45,434 nucleotides of DNA from a virus (Duplodnaviria; Caudoviricetes). The notes under the pieces were generated by a model. The model saw only the letters and a program-made list of their open reading frames with translations, did not search any database and was not told the origin of the DNA. Position numbers and translations under genes: made by a program. This document shows positions 1 to 10,100 of the stretch, piece by piece. Location of the stretch: IMG/VR virus record IMGVR_UViG_3300046001_002739, positions 1 through 45,434 of that record; one strand, written 5' to 3'. Within the stretch, counting starts at the first letter, position 1. Each line of letters begins with the position of its first letter.

Positions 1-127
1 CTCGCGGCCTCGGTCTTGACAATCTCGGCGCGCTGCGTGAACTCGGCGAGCTCGCCCTTCTGCGCCAGCTCCAGCATCGCCAGGCGTGCCTGGTCGCGCT
101 GCGTGGGGTCTGGCCACAGCCGGTCGA
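1..127. repeat. Terminal direct repeat (copy 1), most likely circular-assembly overlap
   Basis: 1-127 is identical to 45308-45434. It falls mid-gene, and 127 is a common assembler k-mer size. Confidence 0.9.
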
Positions 128-176
128 TGAGTTTGCCGCCGACGTCGAGCGCGGCGGTGAGGGGATCTATTGCCAT
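1..176 (-). CDS. 5' part of putative 3-TM holin (GTA-holin-like); spans the circular junction and continues at 45088-45307
   Basis: ATG at 176 overlaps the endolysin end. MAIDPLTAALDVGGKLIDRLWPDP...ENWLASSWRPILMLTFG... gives ~131 aa with hydrophobic helices. Confidence 0.7.
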   Translation of the reverse strand, partial: MAIDPLTAALDVGGKLIDRLWPDPTQRDQARLAMLELAQKGELAEFTQRAEIVKTEAA

Positions 177-592
177 GTGCCGGTCTCCATCTGCTTGGCC
201 AAGCGCTGGGCCCGGGCGGGGGTTTGCGTGGCCCACAGGCTCTGCAGCATGCTGCTCGCAGCGCCTGCGAAGTTGCCAGCGCGCACGCGGGCGAGTGTGT
301 TCTTGAAAGCGAGCAGGCCATCCACGCCCAGCTGGAAGGACATGTTGAGCAGCACGCCCTGGCGGGCACTGTCGAGCTCAAGGAACCACGGGATGCGCCG
401 GCCAAGTTGGTCGATGCGGTCGTTGATGTCGTTGCGCAGCAGGTAGTCGATCTCGTCCTCGCGCAGTCCGCCGCCCTTGCGGGTGTCGATGAGTCTGCCC
501 ACACCAATGGTCCAGAAACCCAGGTGGTCCTGGTAGGCGGAGCGCTCGCGGCCCTCGTCGCGGGTGAGCTGGGCGGTGAGCTCGGCGATCAT
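167..592 (-). CDS. Endolysin, T4-like lysozyme (GH24)
   Basis: DEG...YQDHLGFWTIGVG catalytic E-D-T signature; C-terminal SLWATQTPARAQRL. Confidence 0.92.
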   Translation of the reverse strand: MIAELTAQLTRDEGRERSAYQDHLGFWTIGVGRLIDTRKGGGLREDEIDYLLRNDINDRIDQLGRRIPWFLELDSARQGVLLNMSFQLGVDGLLAFKNTLARVRAGNFAGAASSMLQSLWATQTPARAQRLAKQMETGTWQ

Positions 593-843
593 TTGTCGGC
601 CTTCGCGTCGAGCTTGATGTCGATCTTGTCGAGCTTGGCAAAGAGCGCGGTGGTCAGCTGCTGCAAGTCGTTGCGGGTGACGTAGGTGCCCGCGACCAGG
701 ACCTCGATGTGCTGCAGCTTGTCAGCGAGAGCGTTGTCGGTGACTTGCAATCGCGCGATGCTGTCACGAAGGCTGTTAAGCACCCACCCCCCTAAAAATG
801 CCACGAGAGAAAGTACGACGTTAAAGGCAGTTTGAGAATCCAT
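589..843 (-). CDS. Lysis-cassette membrane protein (holin/antiholin candidate)
   Basis: Single N-terminal TM helix plus coiled-coil-like tail; ATGA overlap with the endolysin. Confidence 0.65.
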   Translation of the reverse strand: MDSQTAFNVVLSLVAFLGGWVLNSLRDSIARLQVTDNALADKLQHIEVLVAGTYVTRNDLQQLTTALFAKLDKIDIKLDAKADK

Positions 844-917
844 GGATCAGCGGCAAGTGGCCCCACCGCCCGCCGAGAGCGGCGTCGGGTGGAGGTGGGT
901 TTTAGCGGGCATGCGCA

Positions 918-949
918 ATGGTATTAGGGGGCGCGCAGCACACGGACAC
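918..949 (-). promoter_or_regulatory. Late promoter 1 (lysis cassette)
   Basis: GTGTCCGTG-N17-TACCAT; one of six copies with identical spacing. Confidence 0.8.
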
Positions 950-998
950 CGCTACTTGACCATGGCGGCGAAACCGGACAGATAGGGTGGGTAGAAGA

Positions 999-3900
999 TC
1001 ATGCTGAGATAGCCCCGAATGTTTTCCAGGCATTTACGCGAATCTCTATTTTTGCGTTTGTTACTGTAGTAACTGCGGCAGTGTCTAAAGTAAGCGAGGT
1101 TGTGCCGCCACCTGAAAGAACTGTAGGTATTTGATTTCCTCCAGCGACACCAGAGCCATATATGCGCAAGTTCGTACCATTTGGAATGGATACCCCGCTT
1201 GGCACCGTTAATACCGACGCTCCTGCTGTAATGCTGCCAGTTGAGGTAAAGCTACTACCAATACAGACCCAACCTAAATACCCGCTGGCCGCTGGCGACT
1301 TGTTGTAGACAATATCGCCTATAGACCCTGAGCCAGAAGTCGGTGCCGCAGCCATGTATAGGCGGTCATTACTTATCAGTGAGCTTGATGCGTTAGTCAC
1401 CTCAATAAGGTTGTTGTTGGTAACGTCAATGTTTTCGCAGTCTGATGCGATCAGGATTGGTGATATATCGGTTACTAAGGGCAATGTGTTGACCGGGACA
1501 ATGGCGTCTAATGTCCGGCCCAGTTTCCCTATTACGCTTTTCTTAGCATAGGCTAAGCTAACCGCACGCCCGCTTACTGAAAAGAAGCTAAAGACCCCTA
1601 CGCTTACCATCACCTTACGAGTCCCACTCGTTACCCCTGTAATGAGTAATGGGGTGTGAACAGTAATTGTCCCGTTTACAGTACCTACCGTAAGGGTAGC
1701 CGCCACAGCATACGAAACACTGGTGGTTGTTGACGCAGTAACTACAAAATTACCGTTATACCCGGACGGTGTTACACCCGCCACCGCGATCAACGACCCA
1801 ACTAACGGGGCAATAGCCGTGGAGCTAAAAGTCAGCGTAGCTGTTCCGCCGGACCATGAAGCTCCGGTTGTCGCAACACTTACGCCTGCGGCTTGTTCAG
1901 TTGACGTTATACGGTCTATGACCAAACCAGTTGTTCCGGGTGTGAAATCGCCACCAGCAGGTGTTGCACTGACAACATTTTCACTTGTCACCCTAACCAA
2001 ACAGTCGGTTACTTGTCTGTGTGCTGCTGCCGTATTCTCAAACAGGTGCCCAATGTACAGACCCTGCATGTTACCTTTTACAGCCAGTACGTTTGTTCCT
2101 GTGTAGGGCTGTGTAGTCCTTACGATAGGGTTTGTCTGATTAACTACAACATTTACACCACTCCCATTTGTGAATAGAAAATTGACTTTTGTACTTATGA
2201 ACGTGTTTTGTGGCGCGACGTTTAGCCCAATGCCGCCATACCCTGACACCTCAAGATTTTCAAACGTGCATTCATCGGAGGCGTTTGAGGAGTTTGACCA
2301 TTTAATCGCATCGCCCAAGCAATACCGGAACCGCGCCCAATTAGCGAAGCAGGTTCTTGCGCCTGATTGAATCTCAAGAATAGTGTCTACGATGTAAGCA
2401 CCTTCAACTAGCAGCCCGTTGGTGAAAGTCAAATCCTCAGTCTTAAAGTCAGTTGCACCCGTTGGGTCTTTAAGCCCACCAATGATGATCATTGGCACAG
2501 TCATTGCTTGTTTAGGACAAATGCGCCCGTAGGACTCAACAACCAAATTGTTGTCTTTTGGCTCAAAATAAAGCGTATCAGTAATACCCCATGCAGTGGC
2601 GTTGTAGTGGTTGAGTACTGATGCTGGATCGCCTACCTTTGGCTCTGGAAATTTGACGTGCTTCGTTTTCGCATCGAAGAAACCCTTTCGGCAGCGATCC
2701 CACTTTTCATTTAGGCTGTTGCCAGCAAACCAGCCAACTGAAAAATAATTCTGATTAGAGCGCACAGTCCCCAAGCCCGAAAAGATCACGGTGGTGTCTT
2801 GTGCGCTGGCAGAATCGACGGTGAGCACTACACCTGCGTCCACACTGATGATGCCACCCAAAGAGTGCAGATTGCCTACTGCGCATGTTGTAGATATGCG
2901 ATAGGTCCCCGTCGCTGGCACGAATAAATTAGCCCCGGCAGCAACAAAAGCAGCATAGTCGTTTGTCACTCCGTCCCCCACGGCGCCAAAGGCTTTGACG
3001 GATTTGCGCTCCGTGTTTACGCCATCTTGCGTCTGGTAAGCATTAGCCCCCACCAGCGCAGCATCCGTCGCCCCCAGCACGAAGGGTCGTGACCACACGA
3101 CCTCGACGTTGGCCGTGCCACTGGGTGGTGCCGTGCTGAACGTGATCGTGGTGCCCGCGACGGCGTACTGGTCCTTGTTCTGATAGACGCCCGAGATGAA
3201 CACCTGGGTGTTGTTCTCCGCGCCCGGGGCGAACGGCAACGTGAACGTGGTCTGGGCGCCGGTGCCGTTGAAGTTGGTGACCTGGATGTCGTCGCCTGCG
3301 GTGACGTCGCGCCACAGGGAGAGGTTGCTGGCGACGGTGTTCACCGCACTGATGCTACTGGCGACGGTGTTCACGTCGGCGATGTTCTCCGCGACCGTGT
3401 TGATCTCTGACACCGGTTCGTTCAGGTCGTCGGCGACCGTGTTGACGTTGGTGATGTTGGTGCCGACAGTGTTGACGTTGGCGATGCCGCCCGCCACCGT
3501 GTTTATGTTGGTGGCGTTGGCCACCACCAGATTGATGTTGGCGAGGTCGTTCGCCACCGCTGAGATGTCGGTGCTGATCTCAGCCAGCACGATGATGCCA
3601 GAGGTCAGGGCCTCGACGTCCTCGTTGGAACTGTAGACCGACATCTTGGCAGACCGGTCTGACAGCTCCTTGAGCTGCTGGATCTGCATCGTGGCGCGGT
3701 CGAGCTGGTTCTCAAGCGAGAACGGCGAGAAGTTACCTCCGCTCGGCAGGTCCAGCGGCTGGTCGTAGTCGAGGTCACCGACGATGGCGAGCTTGCTGCC
3801 CACCGGCAGTGCCGCCCCGCTGATCGGGTAGGTGACCGTGCCGCCCGGGCTGGTCTCCTGGTTCGAGTTCAGGGCCACGCTGTAGTCCGCCCCCAACGTC

Positions 3901-4043
3901 TGGACGGTGATCACCCCCGCTGCGTCCGCGACGGAGACCAGGATGTCCGCCTCGGCGAAGACCTTGAAGGTGAACGGCCAGGCGGTTTGCGCACCCGTGC
4001 CAAGGAGAGGACCGGCCTTGCGCGCGGTGGAAGGGATCGTCAT
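999..4043 (-). CDS. Tail fiber/tailspike with putative beta-helix depolymerase domain
   Basis: Podophage-type N-terminal anchor, NINTVA heptad repeats, SVKAFGAVGDGVTND pectate-lyase-3-like motif, AT-rich C-terminal two-thirds. Confidence 0.85.
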   Translation of the reverse strand: MTIPSTARKAGPLLGTGAQTAWPFTFKVFAEADILVSVADAAGVITVQTLGADYSVALNSNQETSPGGTVTYPISGAALPVGSKLAIVGDLDYDQPLDLPSGGNFSPFSLENQLDRATMQIQQLKELSDRSAKMSVYSSNEDVEALTSGIIVLAEISTDISAVANDLANINLVVANATNINTVAGGIANVNTVGTNITNVNTVADDLNEPVSEINTVAENIADVNTVASSISAVNTVASNLSLWRDVTAGDDIQVTNFNGTGAQTTFTLPFAPGAENNTQVFISGVYQNKDQYAVAGTTITFSTAPPSGTANVEVVWSRPFVLGATDAALVGANAYQTQDGVNTERKSVKAFGAVGDGVTNDYAAFVAAGANLFVPATGTYRISTTCAVGNLHSLGGIISVDAGVVLTVDSASAQDTTVIFSGLGTVRSNQNYFSVGWFAGNSLNEKWDRCRKGFFDAKTKHVKFPEPKVGDPASVLNHYNATAWGITDTLYFEPKDNNLVVESYGRICPKQAMTVPMIIIGGLKDPTGATDFKTEDLTFTNGLLVEGAYIVDTILEIQSGARTCFANWARFRYCLGDAIKWSNSSNASDECTFENLEVSGYGGIGLNVAPQNTFISTKVNFLFTNGSGVNVVVNQTNPIVRTTQPYTGTNVLAVKGNMQGLYIGHLFENTAAAHRQVTDCLVRVTSENVVSATPAGGDFTPGTTGLVIDRITSTEQAAGVSVATTGASWSGGTATLTFSSTAIAPLVGSLIAVAGVTPSGYNGNFVVTASTTTSVSYAVAATLTVGTVNGTITVHTPLLITGVTSGTRKVMVSVGVFSFFSVSGRAVSLAYAKKSVIGKLGRTLDAIVPVNTLPLVTDISPILIASDCENIDVTNNNLIEVTNASSSLISNDRLYMAAAPTSGSGSIGDIVYNKSPAASGYLGWVCIGSSFTSTGSITAGASVLTVPSGVSIPNGTNLRIYGSGVAGGNQIPTVLSGGGTTSLTLDTAAVTTVTNAKIEIRVNAWKTFGAISA

Positions 4044-4069
4044 GTGAGGAGCTCCTGCAGATTACCCAG

Positions 4070-4101
4070 AGAGTAAGCGGCAGGAGCCCCGGCACGGACA
4101 C
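4070..4101 (-). promoter_or_regulatory. Late promoter 2 (tailspike)
   Basis: GTGTCCGTG-N17-TACTCT. Confidence 0.8.
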
Positions 4102-4102
4102 G

Positions 4103-7100
4103 TTACTTGCTGTCGGGGCTCGGCGTTCCGGTCACGGTGCCCCGTAGGGCATCGAAGGCGCTGGTCGGGTCAATCTTGTCGGTGGCCACCCCCGCCAGGT
4201 AACCGAGCGGACGGGCGACGGCGACGGCAGGCAGGCCGGTGGCCAGGCTCACAGCGCTGGCAACGTCGCGCACGGCGTTGCGGGTGTTCAGCTTGTCCGG
4301 GTCGGTGATGGCTTTGTAGACATCGACCGGCACGCCCACCGCGGACTCCAGCAAGCTCACTGCAGGTGACAGCGAGACCTTGTCGTCGGCCGGGTTGCCG
4401 TTAAACCGGTTGATACCGGCGTTGGCCAGCTGCCCGACGAACGGCACCATGGCGAGCGAACCTTTGATCGTGCCCATACCGAACACCGCGGCCAGCCAGT
4501 CATCGAGGTAACCGTCGTCGTCCTCATCGTCAGGACCACCGCGCATTGCATGCGCGATCGCCTCGGCCACCCAGATCGGGATCAGGAACCCGAGGGTCAC
4601 CACGCCGATTGCCTTGCCCGCACCCTTCTTGAGGCCCACCTCTTGTGAGATCTGCTTGAGCGCTGTCGCGTTGGTGTTGGCCATCATGTTGAAGTAGCCG
4701 ATGAACTGCGTGAAGATCCGAGCGTAGGCCGGGCCGGTCTCGATTCGGCTCACGTCCTCTGGCAGGGTCGAGCCCTGGGTGGTGCGGATCACGCTGTCGG
4801 CTGCGCGCACGGCGTCGCGCTCTCGCTCGGCCATCGCGGCCTTGACCTGATCCGAGGTAAGGCCCGTGGTGACTAGAGCGGGCAGGGAGGTCAGCGCGTC
4901 GTTGTAGGCGGCGGTCCAGATGATCGGCTCCATGGTGTTGGCCATGGCGGTCTGCATGAAGTAGGCATGCTTCTGGCTCCAGGTCTGGGCCTTCTCGTAC
5001 AGGCTGGGGTCCAGCAGGATCTGGTCCATTGCGTCGTTGATCGCCGCGATCTCGTTGTCCATCCGGTTGGCCATGAACTCGCTGGCGTCCGACACGGCCT
5101 TGGCGGTCTTCTTCGGGCTGGCGATGAACTGCGAGGTGGCCCGCATCATACTGGCGGGCTTGACCTTGAGCGCGGCCAGGCTGAACCCGGTCAACTGCTG
5201 AATCGTGTTGCTGACATTGGCGAACATCAAGGCCATGCCTGCCCGGTTGCGGGCGGCCGAGAGCACGCGGGAGATGCCGCCGTCACCCACGATCGGGGTC
5301 TCGACGATCTGGCGCGCGCTGCGGTTCAGCCAGGGGGTGAGCATGCCAGCGTAGATGGTCGGGTCGATGCGCCCCAGCGAGTAGCTCACGCCCTTGCGCG
5401 AGAGCAGCTTCTGCACGTCGCGCACCGCGGGCTCCATGTGCGAGAACAGCAGCACCTTGTCGATGTGCTGGCCGATCGTGCGCAGGTCCAGCATCAAGGG
5501 GCGGTTGTAGTCGACCCGGCCCTTGGTGAATCCCTTGTTGGTGCCAGGGAAGCTGAACGCCATGTTCTCGTTTTCAGCCTCGGCCAGCTTGCGCAGGTCG
5601 GCGTCCTGCACGATGCTGGGGTCAGCCTGTGCGGGAACGTAGCCGCCGGCGTAGCCGCCGAACGGAGTGTCGAAGCTGTCGGCGGTGACCTCGGCGAAGT
5701 AGCGCCCGAACACGTCGCGGTGGGTCTTCTGCGCCAGGGGCTTGGTCTGCTCCAGCAGATCCCACACGCCCTGGGCGAAGTCGTAGTGCGCCTTGTTCAG
5801 CACGCCGGTGTCGTGCATGCGCTGCAGGAAGGCGTCCCACTGGGTCGTGTCCATCGTGCCGTCGGCGTTTTCAGCAGCCCAGCCGCGACCGAGCAGCAGC
5901 TTGCGCTTGTTGCTGGCGTTGCCGGTGTGCAGGATCGCGTGCAGCAGCTCGGCGTGGCCGATGCCGTTGTGCCCCTTGCCGAACGTGTAGCCAAGCTCGG
6001 GCGCGTCGATCGTGCCCTTGGTGAGCGCGGGCGCCACGTTGTCGACCAGCGCCTGGTACTTCTTGCGGTAGGCCACGCGGTCGGCGCGGTAGGCGTTGGC
6101 TGCGTCCTTGACCGGCTGGAACACCAGGCGGGTGAACTCTTGGCCCATGCCCTGCGCCCACTGCTCGGTGCGTCGCAGCAGCGAGCCCACATGTTGGAGC
6201 TTGCGGGCGAGCGCCTCGCGTGGAGTCACTGCGCTTGAGTCGCCCGGCATGGTGAGAGGCACACCGATCGCCTGCATGCGGTCCTGCAGTTCGTCCTCGG
6301 CGTCCTGCATGTCCATCAGGTTGCCGTCGATCTCCATCTGGCGTGAGCGCTTGGCCAAGTGCCACATGGCCTGGATCTCCTCGTGCAGGCCACGCAGCTC
6401 CTCCATCGTGAGCGCGTCCAGTGGCTGCGCCATGTTGAGCGCACCCTGCACGCTCGGCTGCAGCGCGGCGTACATCGCCGGGTCGTTCTTGGCGACCAGG
6501 TCCATGTACTCGGCCGCGGTCTTCGCGCCCCTGGGCGCGATGCCGTAGGCGCCGAGCACGGCGCGCGCGGCGTTCACCACGTCAGGGTCTCGCCCCTTCT
6601 CGACGGTCTTCTCGTTGTTGTCCTTGATCACGCGCTTGAAGAACGTGAGGATCTTGCGCATCTCGCCCTGCGCCTCGAGCGCTGCCTTGGCGGCGGCGTT
6701 GTTAAGCACCTGGTCCTGCTTGGCCTTGACCGCGTCCTGCGTTTTGCCGGCGGCGGTGGCTTCCTGCCAGCGCTTGCCAGCGCGGCGCTCGGCGGCGGTG
6801 TGCTGCCAGGCCTTGGCCTTGAGGTCGCGCAGCGGGGTGCGGGCGACCACGTTGGCGGCGAACTGCTTGGCCGCCTCGACGATCGCGTTCACGGTGATCT
6901 TGCTGCCCTTCGCGTTGACTTCGCCGGTGTCGGCGCGCGGGTTCAGCATCTCGGCCTGAGAGCGCAGCTCGGTGGCCAGGCTGCGTGCGCGCGCCTCGTT
7001 GTGCACCGCCTCGTTGGCGGCAGCCTCGATCGCACGCTGGTCGATCAGGTCACCGTGGCGCTCCAGCATGCGCTGGTCGGTCATGCCTTCGATGGCGTCG

Positions 7101-10100
7101 GCCTTCTTGCCTGCGACGTCGATCGCCTGCAGCATGGTCGGCACGTCGGGGTAGTTGAAGCTGTCCGCGATGGTGGCCATCTGCAGGTCGTTGTCGGCGG
7201 GGATCGGTTTCTGGGGCTTGGGGTTTTCCTTCTCCCAGGCCAGCGCCTGCGCCTCTGCCTGGTTCGCCATGTCGCGCTTGTTCTTGGCCAGCAGCTGGCC
7301 CTTCTGCAAACCCTTCACCTCGGGGTTGGCTGCCAGCAGTTCCGCCTTGAGCGCCTCGGTGGCGCGCTCCAGTGCGGCCCCGCGGCGCCCGTTCCAATCC
7401 TTCAGTGCGTCCTTGAATTCAGGGGTAGATTCGCGCAGCTTGTCCAGTGCCGCCTTCGCCTGGAACTCAGGCATCGCGTCGACCTCGGCACGCACCTCGG
7501 CCTCGACACCCTTGCGCAGTTCCTTGGCCTGATCCTGCAGCTTCTTAATCTCTTTGTTGCGGGCGTTCACGGTCCACTTCAGATCGCGCAGGCTGCGCGC
7601 GGTCAGCTTCTCGACCGCCTCGGCGGTCGCGTCCTCGTTGGGCAGCAGTCCCGCCACCTCCTCGGCTTGCGCGATCTGCTCCTCGCTGGCCAGCATGCGG
7701 TCGTAGAACTGCACCATCTCGGGGGGTAGCTTGAGGTTGGAGGGTTCGTTGTTTTGGCCGTAGATGTTCGGTGAATCGGTTGGGTTCGCGTTGTCTGTCG
7801 ACTTGATTTGGTTGCTGTCGAAAGCGACGTAGACTGTTCCGTTCCCGTTGTCGTCCACCAAACCTGGGGCAAGCCAGCCAGTATCGTTTACGTCTTCAAC
7901 AATAAGTCCGTCGTGCCCTGCGCTTTTTGCACGGTTAGCCCAGTCGTCTAACTTCAACCCCTCTGGCCCATCCCCCCAGTCTTTCCCGTTCCAATCAATC
8001 ACCATCGGGTTGTTTAGTTTTAGGTAGACGTTGTAGACCCCCGGCATCTCCTCACTGTCGCTCTCCACGTCGTCGTAGCTACCGGCGTAAGACGCCGCTA
8101 CGTCGTTTCTGCTGGAAAAGAACACCCCAACATTGCTGGTGCCGAACGTGTCGAATCCCGCCTTGGGGCTTCCGTGGTACACCACCCGCGGCTTGCCCCG
8201 TGCGTCGACCACCTTGCTGTCGCCGAACCACTCGGCGAAGTTGTCGGTTTGCCCCAACGCATCCCCGCCAGCGGGGGCTGCGCTGCGCTGCGCCACGAAC
8301 GCTTTCAAACTCTTGTAGACGTTCAGCATGAACGCCTTGAGCTTGCGCATCAGGGGCTGCAGCTCGAGGCTCGGGGCCTTGCCGGTCAGCAGGTACTGCT
8401 CATACCCCTCGGCCAGCGCCTCGTGGTGGGGGCGCTTCTGGTCGAGTGTCATCGCGTTCCAGGTGTCGAGGTCGGCAATGCCCTGCCACTTCAGGAAGCG
8501 GTCGAGGTTGGCCATCAACCCGTCGGGCGGGTTGGGCCGTGCCGCGATGCGGGTCAGGATCTCCAGGTAGGCGTGCGCCATCTCGTGGTGCACGGTCGAG
8601 AGGTTGGCGTCTGGGTTCAGCGCCAGCTCGAAGCTCTTCGGATTGAAGGTGCCTCGGGGGCCTTGCTTCAGGATGTTGGGGTCGGCCGGGTCGAAGGTGC
8701 CGAAGTTGTCGACCGACTTGAGCTGGGTCGGATCGAACGCGACGAACACGTCAGAGGGTTCGCCGGCGTACCCACTGTTGCCCCCGCCGTCGTCCATGAC
8801 CTGGCGAATAATTGCCCCGTCGTTGTTTGCTTTGCGGGCGTCGCGCACCACGCTGTCGGTAGACTCATAGTGGTCGCCGGCCGGTTCGGCCCTTGCGGAA
8901 ATGTCCTCGGCGTTCAGCCGATCCAGTTCCGCATCCCGTTCACTCTCCGTGAAGAAACCCTTTCCCTCGGGCGAGTAGAGGTTGTCACCGTTTTCGTCGA
9001 ATATTTCAAATTGCTCTACGCGCGAACCGTCCCAGTTGGCGCCCTCGAAGTTGGCTTCGTTGGGGCTGCGAATGTTGACGAATAGCGGGTAGATACCCGA
9101 CTTGCTGCCGTTCTGGAACGGGTCGCCGGTCATGTCCTCTGGGGTAAAGTTCTCACCACCGCGGTTGCGCTTCACGTAGCTGCGCGCCATTTGGCGATTG
9201 GGTGTTAGGAAGATGCCCAGGTCGCCGCGGTTCTTTCCCCCGGGCGTTTTGAACTCGGTGAAGCCGCCAATGTCAGTGCCGTGGTAAACGACTAGGGGTT
9301 CGCCGTTCTCGTCGACAGCCTTGGAGACTGAACCCGCGGTATCGGACCAGACGCCGCCCTCGACACTGGTGAAGGCTTCCCAGTCACCAAACCATGTTTT
9401 GAACTCGGGCGTGCGCACCAGCGCGTGCTGCGCGGGCGTGAGGTTGCTCGGCTTGCCGTTGGGGGCAAGCAGCGGTTGGCTTACGCCTTCTTGGGCGTAG
9501 GTTTCTCCGCTGGCGCGGCGGGCGTCGAGGGCTTCGCGGAGGAGCTGGGTCGCTTCTGCCCGAAAACCACTTGGCCGCCTTTGAGCGGGTGATTGTCCGG
9601 TAGGGGTTGTCCCCTCCTGTCCGTTACTGCCATATCCGTAGTCCTCCTTGCCGGGAAATGCGGAGTAGACCGTGTCGATTGCGACCGGGAACTCGCCACC
9701 CAATTGTTCATCCACCAGCCGGGCAAGCTCGGCGTCTTCCAGGCCTGAGTAGTTCAGGATCACCATCTGGCCGTCGGCCGTCGTGTGACCGCCGATCAGC
9801 TTCTGGCTGTCTTGCTCAAGCTCCCACAGTTTATCATAGAGCGCTGAAATCTCGGTCTCACCGTAGCCTTCAGGCAGCGTCACCGTGACCACGCCCACGG
9901 GGTCTGCACCCAGGGTCTGACGCTCGGTCACCACCATCATGCTGTCCTGTGCCAGCGCGTGGCCCAGCATCTTGGCCGCCGTGAGCGCGAGCTCGGGCCG
10001 TGCCAGGCGCAGGGTCATCGACGGGTTGGTCGCACCCATGTAGCCGCCCAGTTGCATGACGAAGTCGCCGTCGGTGCCAAGCTCCTTCAAAACCTGCGGC

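Noticed and set aside
1-127. Biological direct terminal repeat
   Set aside because: It cuts through a gene and matches a typical k-mer length, so it is best read as assembly overlap.
3320-3560. Tandem ~21-nt repeats as a CRISPR or regulatory array
   Set aside because: They encode the NINTVA heptads of the fiber and have no spacers.
999-4043. BPP-1-type diversity-generating retroelement
   Set aside because: No reverse transcriptase ORF and no TR/VR pair differing at adenines was seen.
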